Part shown: piece by piece, positions 10,084-17,915 of the stretch
Numbering within the stretch: position 1 is the first letter of the stretch
Layout of the letters: the number at the start of each line of letters is the position of its first letter
NCBI GenBank assembly: GCA_045532735.1
Contig: JAZSGL010000091.1
Coordinates: 29,275 to 93,274, forward strand
DNA: 64,000 nt
DNA from: Paludibacteraceae bacterium
GTDB lineage: Bacteria; Bacteroidota; Bacteroidia; Bacteroidales; Paludibacteraceae
Direction of reading: 5' to 3'
Program-made: the position numbers and the translations under genes
Notes under the pieces: generated by a model
Databases searched by the model: none
The model's input: the letters and a program-made list of their open reading frames with translations, nothing else
Told to the model about the DNA's origin: nothing

Positions 10084-11142
10084 ATGAGAAAGTTTTTGCG
10101 AATATATCTGTTCTCAGCTTTTCTGTTGGCGTCTGGCATGCTACTAAGTGCGTGCCAGTCGGCAGCAGACCAGCGCGTATGCTTCTTCGGCTCGTCGGTA
10201 TGTCGCGGTGTGGGTGCTGATGCGCTCCATGGTTATGCGGCGCAAGTGACCGAAGCTTTGCCTGCTAGTTGGGAGAGCGTGAATATCTCCATCGATGGCA
10301 ACTGCACCTACGACCTCTTTGCTCGCTTTGACCGCGATATGACTCCCGTGGAGGCCAAGTATGTGGTCATCGGCATCAGTCTTGGCAACGAGGGTGTGCA
10401 CGAGCATGGCGCACGCGCCGTCTTGTCCTATCGCGAGAATATGCCTCGCCTGATTCGTATGCTGCAAGAGCAGGGGAGAACGGTCATAGTCACCAACAAC
10501 TATCCTCGCGCCGACTTCAACGAGGTGGACTATGAGGACCTATGTGCTGTGAACCTCGAAGTGCAACAATGGAATGTTCCTACCATCAATGTCTTTGGTA
10601 CGATAGACGATGGCGCAGGTCGCTGGGCAGAGCATATGTGGAATGGTTCGGACATCTATCATCCCAACCAAGTGGGACACGAGGCCATGGCTTCGGCTTT
10701 CCCGCTCACCATCTGGGAGGCACTGCAAGCCGGCAAACCATTGCCCGAGTATATCCCTACGCAGGGCGATGACAACGGTGTGGAGTGCCTGAGCTTCGTG
10801 CCAGAGGGACAAGTGCAGTCCTATACCCTGAGCTATATCAGCGCAGATACTACCTATACCGAAGTATATTCGGCAGCCCAGAAGAAATTATGGCTGTACG
10901 CCAACGGACAACAGGTATCTGTGACCGAAGGAATAGATAAGACAATCGGTACGATCACCATTCATGGCAGCAATATCCACCAACTCCTCTTCTACCGTGC
11001 GGCGATGACCCCTCGAGAGGTGCGCGCGCTGGCTCGTGGCCAGATGCTCCGCTCTAGTTTGGAGATATACTGTCCACTATTGGGTGGCGATGCGACCAAT
11101 TATGCACAAACAATGAATTGTGTGGCAATTCACAATAAATAA
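10084..11142 (+). CDS. SGNH/GDSL-type hydrolase lipoprotein with LamG-like C-terminal region
   Basis: Lipobox LLSACQ. Block I is FFGSSV, block III is SLGNEG and block V is DIYHPNQVGH. The C-terminus FYRAAMTPREVRAL resembles LamG-type ends. Confidence 0.7.
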   Translation: MRKFLRIYLFSAFLLASGMLLSACQSAADQRVCFFGSSVCRGVGADALHGYAAQVTEALPASWESVNISIDGNCTYDLFARFDRDMTPVEAKYVVIGISLGNEGVHEHGARAVLSYRENMPRLIRMLQEQGRTVIVTNNYPRADFNEVDYEDLCAVNLEVQQWNVPTINVFGTIDDGAGRWAEHMWNGSDIYHPNQVGHEAMASAFPLTIWEALQAGKPLPEYIPTQGDDNGVECLSFVPEGQVQSYTLSYISADTTYTEVYSAAQKKLWLYANGQQVSVTEGIDKTIGTITIHGSNIHQLLFYRAAMTPREVRALARGQMLRSSLEIYCPLLGGDATNYAQTMNCVAIHNK

Positions 11143-11174
11143 CCAAATTATTAACCAATTTAAATTAATGTATT

Positions 11175-12395
11175 ATGAAAAAGATTTTTTCTCTTTTCGT
11201 TGCTTTGACAGCTATGGTGGCTGTTAATGCGGCTGACTACTACCTCGTAGGTGGTTTTTGTGGATGGAATACAGGTAATGCTGTGAAATTCACTGAAGTA
11301 TCTGCTGGTAATTATGAGGTGATCATCGAGGATCTCTCTGGCGAAGGTAAAGTATTGGGTACTACAGACGGTTGGTTGCCTCAATACGGTGTTATTGGTG
11401 ACAACAATGTTGTAACCATCGGTGGTCCTGCTTGTGTTCTTACTGCTAAACACGCAGATTCTGATCCAGAGCCAGGTAACATCAAATTTGGAGATAAAGA
11501 TGGTTTTGGCTACAAGAACGCTAAATTGGCGTTGAAGGTAACAGGCGACCAAATAACCATCACTTTCGTTTCTGGTGATGAGTATGACCTCAGCGCAAAA
11601 CCAGATACCTATCAAATCGTAGGTGCGTTCACCAACAACTGGAACACCGCTGATGCTATCCAATTTGAGGAGGTTGATGGCGTTTTGACCGCTAATGTAC
11701 CTGACTTGAGCGGTACCTTCAAGATCATCAAGAACCGCGTTTGGGACGAGCAATGGGGTACCAACCGTGAGACTAACGCTGGTCTCGTAATGGGCGTTCC
11801 TTATGTAATGAGCGGAAAACTAGATGGTGCTGATCCTGGAAACTTGGCATTGGCTAACCCATTCGGTAGCTATACCAACGCTACTCTTACCCTTAAGAAA
11901 GAAGCTAATGGCGATATGGTATTGACACTCGTTTCTGGTACATTCCAATTGATGCAAGCTGATTGGCACCTCCCAGGTACAAAACTCGGATGGAACTGCG
12001 ATGCAGATCAACGCTTCGAGAAAATTGATGACAACACCTATGAGTTGTTGGCTGCTGAGTTTGGTGCAGATTTCAAGGTTGTTTATGGCAACTGGGCTGT
12101 AGAGTTTGGTGCTCCTAGCGAGGATGCAAAGTGGGAGATCAACAAAGAGTACACCTGCGCATTCAAGGGTGGTAATATCCATGCAGTAGATAATGCTGCT
12201 GTATTTACCGATTGCACCATCCGCCTTGTAGTGGATTATGAGAACGCAGTGGTTAAGATCACTATCTCTACTGAGACTACTGGTGTTGAGGATGTAGTGG
12301 CTCCTACCCAAATCACCAAGGTGATCGAGAATGGTCAAATGTACATCATTCGTGATGGCGTACGCTACAACGCATTGGGCGCAGTAGTGAAATAA
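11175..12395 (+). CDS. Secreted protein with three tandem CBM-like modules and a short C-terminal sorting-like tail
   Basis: Three related modules begin YYLVGGFCGWN, YQIVGAFTNNWN and WHLPGTKLGWN. The tail is VEDVVAPTQITKVIENGQMYIIRDGVRYNALGAVVK. Confidence 0.6.
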   Translation: MKKIFSLFVALTAMVAVNAADYYLVGGFCGWNTGNAVKFTEVSAGNYEVIIEDLSGEGKVLGTTDGWLPQYGVIGDNNVVTIGGPACVLTAKHADSDPEPGNIKFGDKDGFGYKNAKLALKVTGDQITITFVSGDEYDLSAKPDTYQIVGAFTNNWNTADAIQFEEVDGVLTANVPDLSGTFKIIKNRVWDEQWGTNRETNAGLVMGVPYVMSGKLDGADPGNLALANPFGSYTNATLTLKKEANGDMVLTLVSGTFQLMQADWHLPGTKLGWNCDADQRFEKIDDNTYELLAAEFGADFKVVYGNWAVEFGAPSEDAKWEINKEYTCAFKGGNIHAVDNAAVFTDCTIRLVVDYENAVVKITISTETTGVEDVVAPTQITKVIENGQMYIIRDGVRYNALGAVVK

Positions 12396-12413
12396 TCCAT
12401 CCCTATCTATAGT

Positions 12414-12438
12414 GTAGAGCGGCTGATTACCGCTCTAC
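12414..12438 (+). terminator. Weak hairpin between the CBM-like gene and GH3
   Basis: gtagagcgg / ccgctctac, a 9-bp stem with a 7-nt loop and a poor T tail. Confidence 0.35.
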
Positions 12439-12465
12439 ATTTCTAATATTTATCCATTAATTACT

Positions 12466-14715
12466 ATGAAGAAACTACTATCATTCTGTTTTGTCCTCTC
12501 TATGGTATGTTTGCCTATGATGGGACAAGTGTATTTGGACGCCAAGGCGCCCATCGAAGATCGTATCGAGGATGCACTCTCTCGCATGACCCTGCGAGAG
12601 AAGATTGCCGTTATCCACGCACAGTCTAAATTCTCCTCACCCGGCGTAGCACGCCTAGGTATCCCAGGCATCTGGTGCACCGACGGCCCTCACGGTATTC
12701 GCCCCGAAGTACTCTGGGACGAGTGGAACCAAGCCGGCTGGACCAACGACTCCTGTATCGCTTTCCCAGCCCTCACCTGCTTGGCAGCTACATGGAATAC
12801 CGACATGTCCTACCTCTATGGTGTGAGCATCGGTGAGGAGGCACGCTATCGTAATAAGGATGTGCTACTCGGCCCTGGCGTGAATATCTACCGTACGCCG
12901 CTCAATGGTCGCAACTTCGAGTATATGGGCGAAGACCCATGCTTGGCATCTAAGATGGTGGTACCATATGTGAAAGGCGTGCAGGAGCAAGGCGTGGCTA
13001 CATGTGTCAAGCACTATGCGCTCAACAACCAAGAGGTGGATCGTCACTGGGTCAATGTCAACCTCTCCGACCGTGCCCTCTACGAGATCTATCTGCCTGC
13101 TTTCCGCGCGGCGATGCAAGAGGGTGGCTCATGGTCTATCATGGGTGCGTATAACCTCTACAAGGGCCAATATGCTTGCCACAACACCATCCTGCTGCAA
13201 GACATCTTGCGCAAGGAATGGGGAAGCGATGCGGCTGTGATCTCCGACTGGGGTGGCGCAATGAACACCGAGCAAGCTATCACCAACGGACTTGACCTCG
13301 AGTTCGGTACCTGGACCGACGGCCTCTCCGACGGCGCATCTAGCGCATACGATATCTACCACTTGGCTTTGCCTTATCTGCGCAAGATTCAGAGTGGCGA
13401 AGTGGGTACTCAGGAATTGGATGAGAAGGTTCGCAATGTCTTGCGCCTCATCTTCCGCACATCAATGAATCCTAACAAGGCCTTTGGTGCGATGTGTTCC
13501 GAGGCACATAGTGCTGCGGCACGCAAGATTGCGGGCGAAGGTATGGTGCTATTGCGCAACGCGAATCAGACATTGCCTATTGAACTCAAGGAGCGTCCTA
13601 CTATCCTCGTCGTGGGCGAGAACGCCATCAAGATGATGACCGTAGGTGGTGGTTCATCTTCGCTCAAGGCTAAATATGAGATATCTCCATTGCAAGGTAT
13701 TCAGGAGCGTGCTAAGGGATTGGCTGAGGTGAAGTATGTGCGCGGATATGTGGGCGATGTAGGTGGCGAATATAATGGCGTAACTACGGGCCAATCATTG
13801 CAAGACGACCGCACCGTAGAGCAACTCACGGCAGAGGCATTAGAGGCAGCTAAAAGCGCCGATTATGTCATTTTTGTGGGCGGTATGAACAAGGCGCACA
13901 ACCAAGACTGCGAGGATGGCGACCGCTTGCATTACGAGTTGCCATATGGTCAAGACCAACTCATCTCTGCGTTGGCTGAGGTCAACGACAAGGTGGTATT
14001 CGTGTCCATCTCGGGTAACGCACATGGCATGCCATGGAGCGAGGAGGTAGGAGCTATCCTGCAAGCTTGGTATAGCGGTTCGGAGACGGGTCATGCCGTG
14101 GCTGATGTGCTGTTTGGCGATGTCAATCCTTCTGGAAAGTTGCCATACACTATCCAACCTACTTTAGCAGATTATCCTGCGCACCAATACGGCGAGATTG
14201 CCTACCCTGGTGTGGACAAACAGGTGTATTACAAGGAAGATATCTTCGTAGGCTATCGTTATGCAGATTTGTATGGTACCCGCCGTCCAATCAAGTATGT
14301 ATGCCAAGGCGAGCAATATACCATCAATCCTCCTAAGAGAAAAGCGCTGTACCCATTTGGTTTTGGCTTGAGTTATACCACCTTTGAGTATGGCAAGGCT
14401 ACTCTTAATGGCAATCAGATCACGGTAGCGGTCACCAATACGGGCAATCGTGCGGGTCAAGAGGTGGTGCAACTCTATGTGACCGACTCTAAGGCATCCG
14501 TTGTTCGTCCTAAGAAGGAGTTGAAGGGCTTCTGCAAGCTGGCATTAGAGCCAGGCGAGACCAAGGAGGTTAGCTTCACGATCACGCCAGATATGCTCTC
14601 CTATTTTGATGCAGATGCACATGAGTGGGTAGCCGAGGCAGGAGAATTCGTATTGCATATCGCTAGCAGCAGCGCGAATATCCATTCGTCGGTGAAATAT
14701 GTGTACGGCAAATAG
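12466..14715 (+). CDS. Glycoside hydrolase family 3 beta-glucosidase
   Basis: RLGIPGIWCTDGPHGIR, KHYALNNQE, the nucleophile motif VISDWGGA and a C-terminal FnIII-like domain. Confidence 0.95.
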   Translation: MKKLLSFCFVLSMVCLPMMGQVYLDAKAPIEDRIEDALSRMTLREKIAVIHAQSKFSSPGVARLGIPGIWCTDGPHGIRPEVLWDEWNQAGWTNDSCIAFPALTCLAATWNTDMSYLYGVSIGEEARYRNKDVLLGPGVNIYRTPLNGRNFEYMGEDPCLASKMVVPYVKGVQEQGVATCVKHYALNNQEVDRHWVNVNLSDRALYEIYLPAFRAAMQEGGSWSIMGAYNLYKGQYACHNTILLQDILRKEWGSDAAVISDWGGAMNTEQAITNGLDLEFGTWTDGLSDGASSAYDIYHLALPYLRKIQSGEVGTQELDEKVRNVLRLIFRTSMNPNKAFGAMCSEAHSAAARKIAGEGMVLLRNANQTLPIELKERPTILVVGENAIKMMTVGGGSSSLKAKYEISPLQGIQERAKGLAEVKYVRGYVGDVGGEYNGVTTGQSLQDDRTVEQLTAEALEAAKSADYVIFVGGMNKAHNQDCEDGDRLHYELPYGQDQLISALAEVNDKVVFVSISGNAHGMPWSEEVGAILQAWYSGSETGHAVADVLFGDVNPSGKLPYTIQPTLADYPAHQYGEIAYPGVDKQVYYKEDIFVGYRYADLYGTRRPIKYVCQGEQYTINPPKRKALYPFGFGLSYTTFEYGKATLNGNQITVAVTNTGNRAGQEVVQLYVTDSKASVVRPKKELKGFCKLALEPGETKEVSFTITPDMLSYFDADAHEWVAEAGEFVLHIASSSANIHSSVKYVYGK

Positions 14716-14748
14716 TTGAATACATCTTTACAAGCTACACTTTATATC

Positions 14749-14779
14749 AAAAAAATCGCTCCCAGTGGGCGATTTTTTT
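14749..14779. terminator. Rho-independent terminator closing PUL1
   Basis: aaaaaaatcgc / gcgattttttt stem with a 9-nt loop. The A-run and T-run make it bidirectional. Confidence 0.8.
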
Positions 14780-14800
14780 GTATATGTCGGAAAAAAGTAG

Positions 14801-14808
14801 TATTTTTG
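14801..14808 (+). promoter_or_regulatory. -7 box TAttTTTG
   Basis: Exact TAnnTTTG match 30 nt upstream of the ATG at 14838. Confidence 0.5.
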
Positions 14809-14837
14809 CTGCGAATTAATCCTAATACATCATTATC

Positions 14838-15695
14838 ATGAAGCAGATAATAGCTCTCATCTTTGCCTTTGTGGCAACAGCCAGCGCGTGGGCGTATGAC
14901 TTTCAATATAAGGAAATCTACTATACCTACACCAGCAAAACTCCTCCATACACACTTGAGATCAATAGTGCCAATCGATCCATCGAAAGTATGGCTATTC
15001 CCCAGCAATTGTTGGTAAATGGTACCAACTATTATGTTACAAGCATCGGAGAGGCAGCTTTCTCGCATTGCCACCATCTACAATCCATCACCATCCCTAC
15101 GAGCGTGGAGCGAATCGGCACATGGGCTTTTTATGGGTGTGAGCATCTAAAAGAAATCAAGTACCTCGGCACAAAAGAACAGTGGGAGGAAGTCGCATTA
15201 GATGAATTTTGGAACGAACGCACTCCTGCCATTGTGGTATGCACCGATGGCAATATAGACCCATCAGCAAGCGAGGATGAAACATCATCCTATAGCCTAG
15301 CAGATACTGATTTCTTGTTCGAAGAGGAGATAGATCTAGCGCCAATTCCTCTAGAAGCTCCAGTAGAGGAAGAAGAAGTAATCTTCATGGTTGTAGAGAC
15401 TATGCCTGAGTTTCCTGGTGGTCAACAAGCCCTCTTCAAGTATCTTGAGGAGGAGAAGAAGTACCCCCTGATCGCAAAAGAGAATGGCATCCAAGGTCGT
15501 GTGATCTGCCAATTTGTGGTAAACAAAGACGGTAGTATCGTAGATGTAATAGCCATTCGTTCTTCTGGTGAGCCATCATTGGACAAAGAAGCTATTCGCG
15601 TGATCAAGGCCATGCCCAAATGGAAACCGGGCATACAGCGTGGTAAACCCGTCCGCGTGAAATACACGGTGCCTGTGAATTTCCGTTTGCAATAG
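14838..15695 (+). CDS. Fusion of a BspA-type LRR module to a TonB C-terminal domain
   Basis: Cleavable signal peptide MKQIIALIFAFVATASAWA. The LRR end is homologous to the C-terminus of the 709-2265 protein (KEQWEEVALDEFWNERTPAIVVCTDGNI). An acidic linker is followed by TonB_C (MPEFPGGQQALFKYL...GKPVRVKYTVPVNFRL). Confidence 0.8.
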   Translation: MKQIIALIFAFVATASAWAYDFQYKEIYYTYTSKTPPYTLEINSANRSIESMAIPQQLLVNGTNYYVTSIGEAAFSHCHHLQSITIPTSVERIGTWAFYGCEHLKEIKYLGTKEQWEEVALDEFWNERTPAIVVCTDGNIDPSASEDETSSYSLADTDFLFEEEIDLAPIPLEAPVEEEEVIFMVVETMPEFPGGQQALFKYLEEEKKYPLIAKENGIQGRVICQFVVNKDGSIVDVIAIRSSGEPSLDKEAIRVIKAMPKWKPGIQRGKPVRVKYTVPVNFRLQ

Positions 15696-15744
15696 GTCTA
15701 TCCATAGGTGATATATCTGTTGGCACCATGCGTTGTTTCCTCCT

Positions 15745-15846
15745 CGTCGCGCCAGGATGTTCTTATCTCCCTTCGGTCGAACGATCGCTTCGCGTACGAT
15801 TGGCGCGAAAGTTGTTTAAGTTGTCGTTATTATCAATCATTCTAGT
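15745..15846 (+). repeat. Module R1, long-loop copy; 102-bp direct repeat of 21694-21795
   Basis: Manual alignment gives 102 bp with 1 mismatch. The hairpin stem is tcgcgcca (15747-15754) / tggcgcga (15801-15808), followed by aagttgtttaagttgtcgttattatcaat. Confidence 0.9.
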
Positions 15847-15865
15847 ATAATACAAAAATATCTTA

Positions 15866-15873
15866 TAATTTTG
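15866..15873 (+). promoter_or_regulatory. -7 box TAatTTTG
   Basis: Exact match 26 nt upstream of the ATG at 15899. Confidence 0.45.
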
Positions 15874-15898
15874 CAGTCAATTACAGCTTTCACCATCC

Positions 15899-17002
15899 AT
15901 GCAAGACATCACCTACACATACCATACCTCTCACGCTGACGTCACCATCCGTGGATTCATCGCTTCGCTGCTCTTGCAGGGCGATCAATGGGATATCCGC
16001 CAACTAGAAGCCGACATTCGCGACTACCATCACCAGCAATACGAGCGTATTCATCCCATCATTGCGCTGCGGCAGGAGCTGCAATGGTGGTACGACTTTG
16101 TGGATGACGAACTGCTCTATGATTTTCCCCTACGCGACGAACTAGCCAATGCCGGCCTCATCTATCTGCATGCTCAAGCTAATCAGCATATTACACCCTT
16201 GTCAGATGCCGATAAGCTGGCCACCGAGATGGAGATCTATATCGACGATACGCATTATTTCTACAAACTCGATGATGCACTTGCTCTATTTGAGCAGGGC
16301 AGTGGGGCAGCCCCCACGATGCTACTCAAGGGGTTCCCAGCGCAGCTGCTCACCTATGCCGCCTGCACGACCATGGATACCTATATCCGTCAGGACTATA
16401 TAGCAGATCCTGTGACATGGGTGGATAATATGATAGGTTGGCTACAGTCACCCGCAGCCATAACGGTGCAACATCTGCAGTTCGACCTGCCCGACGTCTA
16501 TTCGCTCTATGAGTCCTATGTGGCAGATGCCCGAGCAAGACGAGAGGCGGAAAACCGTAGGCGTTATGAGAGTGGCGAACCACAGAAGCGGTATTTTATG
16601 ACCCACTTGCTCCAGCAGACCCAAGAAGACTGCCAGGAGGCCCAGCAGGTTTTGTCTGTTATTCTCAACCCGATGCAATATGCTGCCCTGCTGCGATATA
16701 TGGCGCAGGTGCAACAGTATATCCGCGATCATACGCAAACCAAACGCAAAGTGCGTTCCGATAAGCTGAGCCAGTATTATACGATATTCTCCAACTATCC
16801 ACATCATATGATCACCCGTCGCTTGCACGAGGCGGCTATGCATCCCACCGAGCCCGCGGCCGCGCTGGCGAAAGTCGTAAAGCAACTGCAAGCTAAAAAG
16901 AGGCTAGGGGATATTCGCCCACACAGTCATTTCATAGCGGTGGTGAACAAGACATTTGGTACATCCATCAAGCTGGATAGTTTCTCTAAGCATTTTCGGT
17001 GA
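15899..17002 (+). CDS. Hypothetical protein (367 aa), no recognisable domain
   Basis: Long ORF with its own -7 box and a terminator. No signal peptide. Gln/Tyr/His-rich, with a basic C-terminal third. Confidence 0.6.
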   Translation: MQDITYTYHTSHADVTIRGFIASLLLQGDQWDIRQLEADIRDYHHQQYERIHPIIALRQELQWWYDFVDDELLYDFPLRDELANAGLIYLHAQANQHITPLSDADKLATEMEIYIDDTHYFYKLDDALALFEQGSGAAPTMLLKGFPAQLLTYAACTTMDTYIRQDYIADPVTWVDNMIGWLQSPAAITVQHLQFDLPDVYSLYESYVADARARREAENRRRYESGEPQKRYFMTHLLQQTQEDCQEAQQVLSVILNPMQYAALLRYMAQVQQYIRDHTQTKRKVRSDKLSQYYTIFSNYPHHMITRRLHEAAMHPTEPAAALAKVVKQLQAKKRLGDIRPHSHFIAVVNKTFGTSIKLDSFSKHFR

Positions 17003-17003
17003 T

Positions 17004-17028
17004 AAAGGCGGGATCATCCCCCGCCTTT
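17004..17028. terminator. Hairpin shared by the convergent genes 15899-17002 and 17014-17343
   Basis: aaaggcggg / cccgccttt, a 9-bp stem with a 7-nt loop. It overlaps the last codons of the minus-strand ORF. Confidence 0.7.
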
Positions 17029-17343
17029 CATATGTTTAGATATATAGTAACCACGGATGGATACCTTACCTCCTGGTTTGTCGCGTTGCGCTAGATACTC
17101 TTGCTCTAGCGCTAGCCACTCAGGCGAACCTTTGACTAACGCATTATACGCCTTTGAGGCGGCGGACAAGCGCAAAGTGCCTGCTTTCTCCGCAGGAGAC
17201 TGCGGATTCTTCTTGTAATCACGTGGATGATTCTTATGAGCGGTGTACTGTGTACCATAGCGCTCCATGAGCCACCAATCGGCTCCTCCAAAGAGTTTAC
17301 CTACTGCCTTTAGCAGCGGTGCTGATAATTTAATAATTGCCAT
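17014..17343 (-). CDS. Hypothetical small protein (109 aa)
   Basis: An internal ATG at 17343 (MAIIKLSAPLLKAVGKLFGG...) was chosen, because the upstream part of the 170-aa track ORF runs through repeat modules R6 and R2. Confidence 0.45.
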   Translation of the reverse strand: MAIIKLSAPLLKAVGKLFGGADWWLMERYGTQYTAHKNHPRDYKKNPQSPAEKAGTLRLSAASKAYNALVKGSPEWLALEQEYLAQRDKPGGKVSIRGYYISKHMKGGG

Positions 17344-17408
17344 CGTAATAATTTTTAAGGGACCTATATACTTGTAGACACTTGTTATTGTAATGATTAT
17401 TCTTTTGT

Positions 17409-17505
17409 CTTGCCCACCAATGTAGCTTGCTGCATTCATTTGGGCAGCAAAAGAAGTTTCCTTGAATTGACGATAATTGACATCCAAATTGATTTTAATT
17501 GTCGT
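17409..17505 (+). repeat. Module R6 (stem-loop plus ttgacgataattgaca words); second copy at 19596-19692
   Basis: Both copies have the outer stem tgccca...tgggca, then gaattgacgataattgaca..aattga..taattgtc. Both lie 5' of minus-strand genes. Confidence 0.7.
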
Positions 17506-17518
17506 AAAAATAAAAATC

Positions 17519-17546
17519 AGTGTCAACTCGTATATAGTTCCCGTAA
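17519..17546 (+). repeat. Module R2 (gtgtcaactcgtatatagttccc); other copies at about 17879, 32361 and 32579
   Basis: Four copies of a roughly 24-bp word AGTGTC..(C/G)TCGTATATAGTTCC with few mismatches, all intergenic. Confidence 0.7.
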
Positions 17547-17607
17547 TTTTTAATAATATTTTACAATTTTGTCTAATTTTTGGATAGCACTATCCCTTTC
17601 CCCGCCG

Positions 17608-17641
17608 TTTACGGGTTCTTGACGGGTTCATAACGGGTTGA
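17608..17641 (+). repeat. Three tandem 11-bp units containing ACGGGTT
   Basis: ACGGGTT occurs at 17611, 17622 and 17633, an exact 11-bp period. Confidence 0.8.
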
Positions 17642-17682
17642 TAAGCGCACATCACAATCACATCTAGGGCACTTCTATATCC

Positions 17683-17690
17683 TATCTTTG
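17683..17690 (+). promoter_or_regulatory. Orphan -7 box TAtcTTTG pointing into a hairpin-rich non-coding stretch
   Basis: Exact TAnnTTTG match with no ORF downstream. It is followed by hairpins at 17697-17714, 17728-17752 and 17802-17827. Confidence 0.35.
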
Positions 17691-17727
17691 TTTCACTCAC
17701 GGCGTACTTGCCGTGTCATTCCTTTAG

Positions 17728-17870
17728 CGCGAGATGTATTGTTTCTCGCGCTGATGTTGTTGATTTAAGTTGTTTGAGTTGTTGTAAATTATTTTTCCTT
17801 GTCGCGCCAGGAAGTTGATTGGCGCGAAAGTTGTTTAAGTTGTCGTTATTATAAATAATTCTAGTTGTTT
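17728..17870 (+). repeat. Two tandem R1-like units (short-loop form)
   Basis: The first hairpin is gcgcgaga/tctcgcgc (17728-17752) followed by GTTGTT-rich sequence. The second is tcgcgcca (17802-17809)/tggcgcga (17820-17827) followed by aagttgtttaagttgtcgttattataaat. Confidence 0.75.
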
Positions 17871-17915
17871 CGGTTGTAGTGTCAGCTCGTATATTGTGCC
17901 CTAAAAATTTAATCA

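Noticed and set aside
8586-10139. 517-aa ORF antisense to the GH30 gene
   Set aside because: It lies entirely opposite a gene with clear GH30 catalytic motifs. Its translation is Arg/His/Val-rich and low-complexity, with no signal or domain pattern, which is typical of a shadow ORF.
15745-15846. R1 hairpins as integron attC sites
   Set aside because: The structure-over-sequence conservation is reminiscent of attC. However, there is no intI, no RYYYAAC/GTTRRRY core pair flanking the stem, and the intervening genes have their own promoters rather than a cassette layout.
17344-17526. N-terminal 61 codons of the 170-aa track ORF
   Set aside because: This part coincides with repeat modules R6 and R2 that occur in other intergenic regions. 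The internal ATG at 17343 gives a more plausible start.
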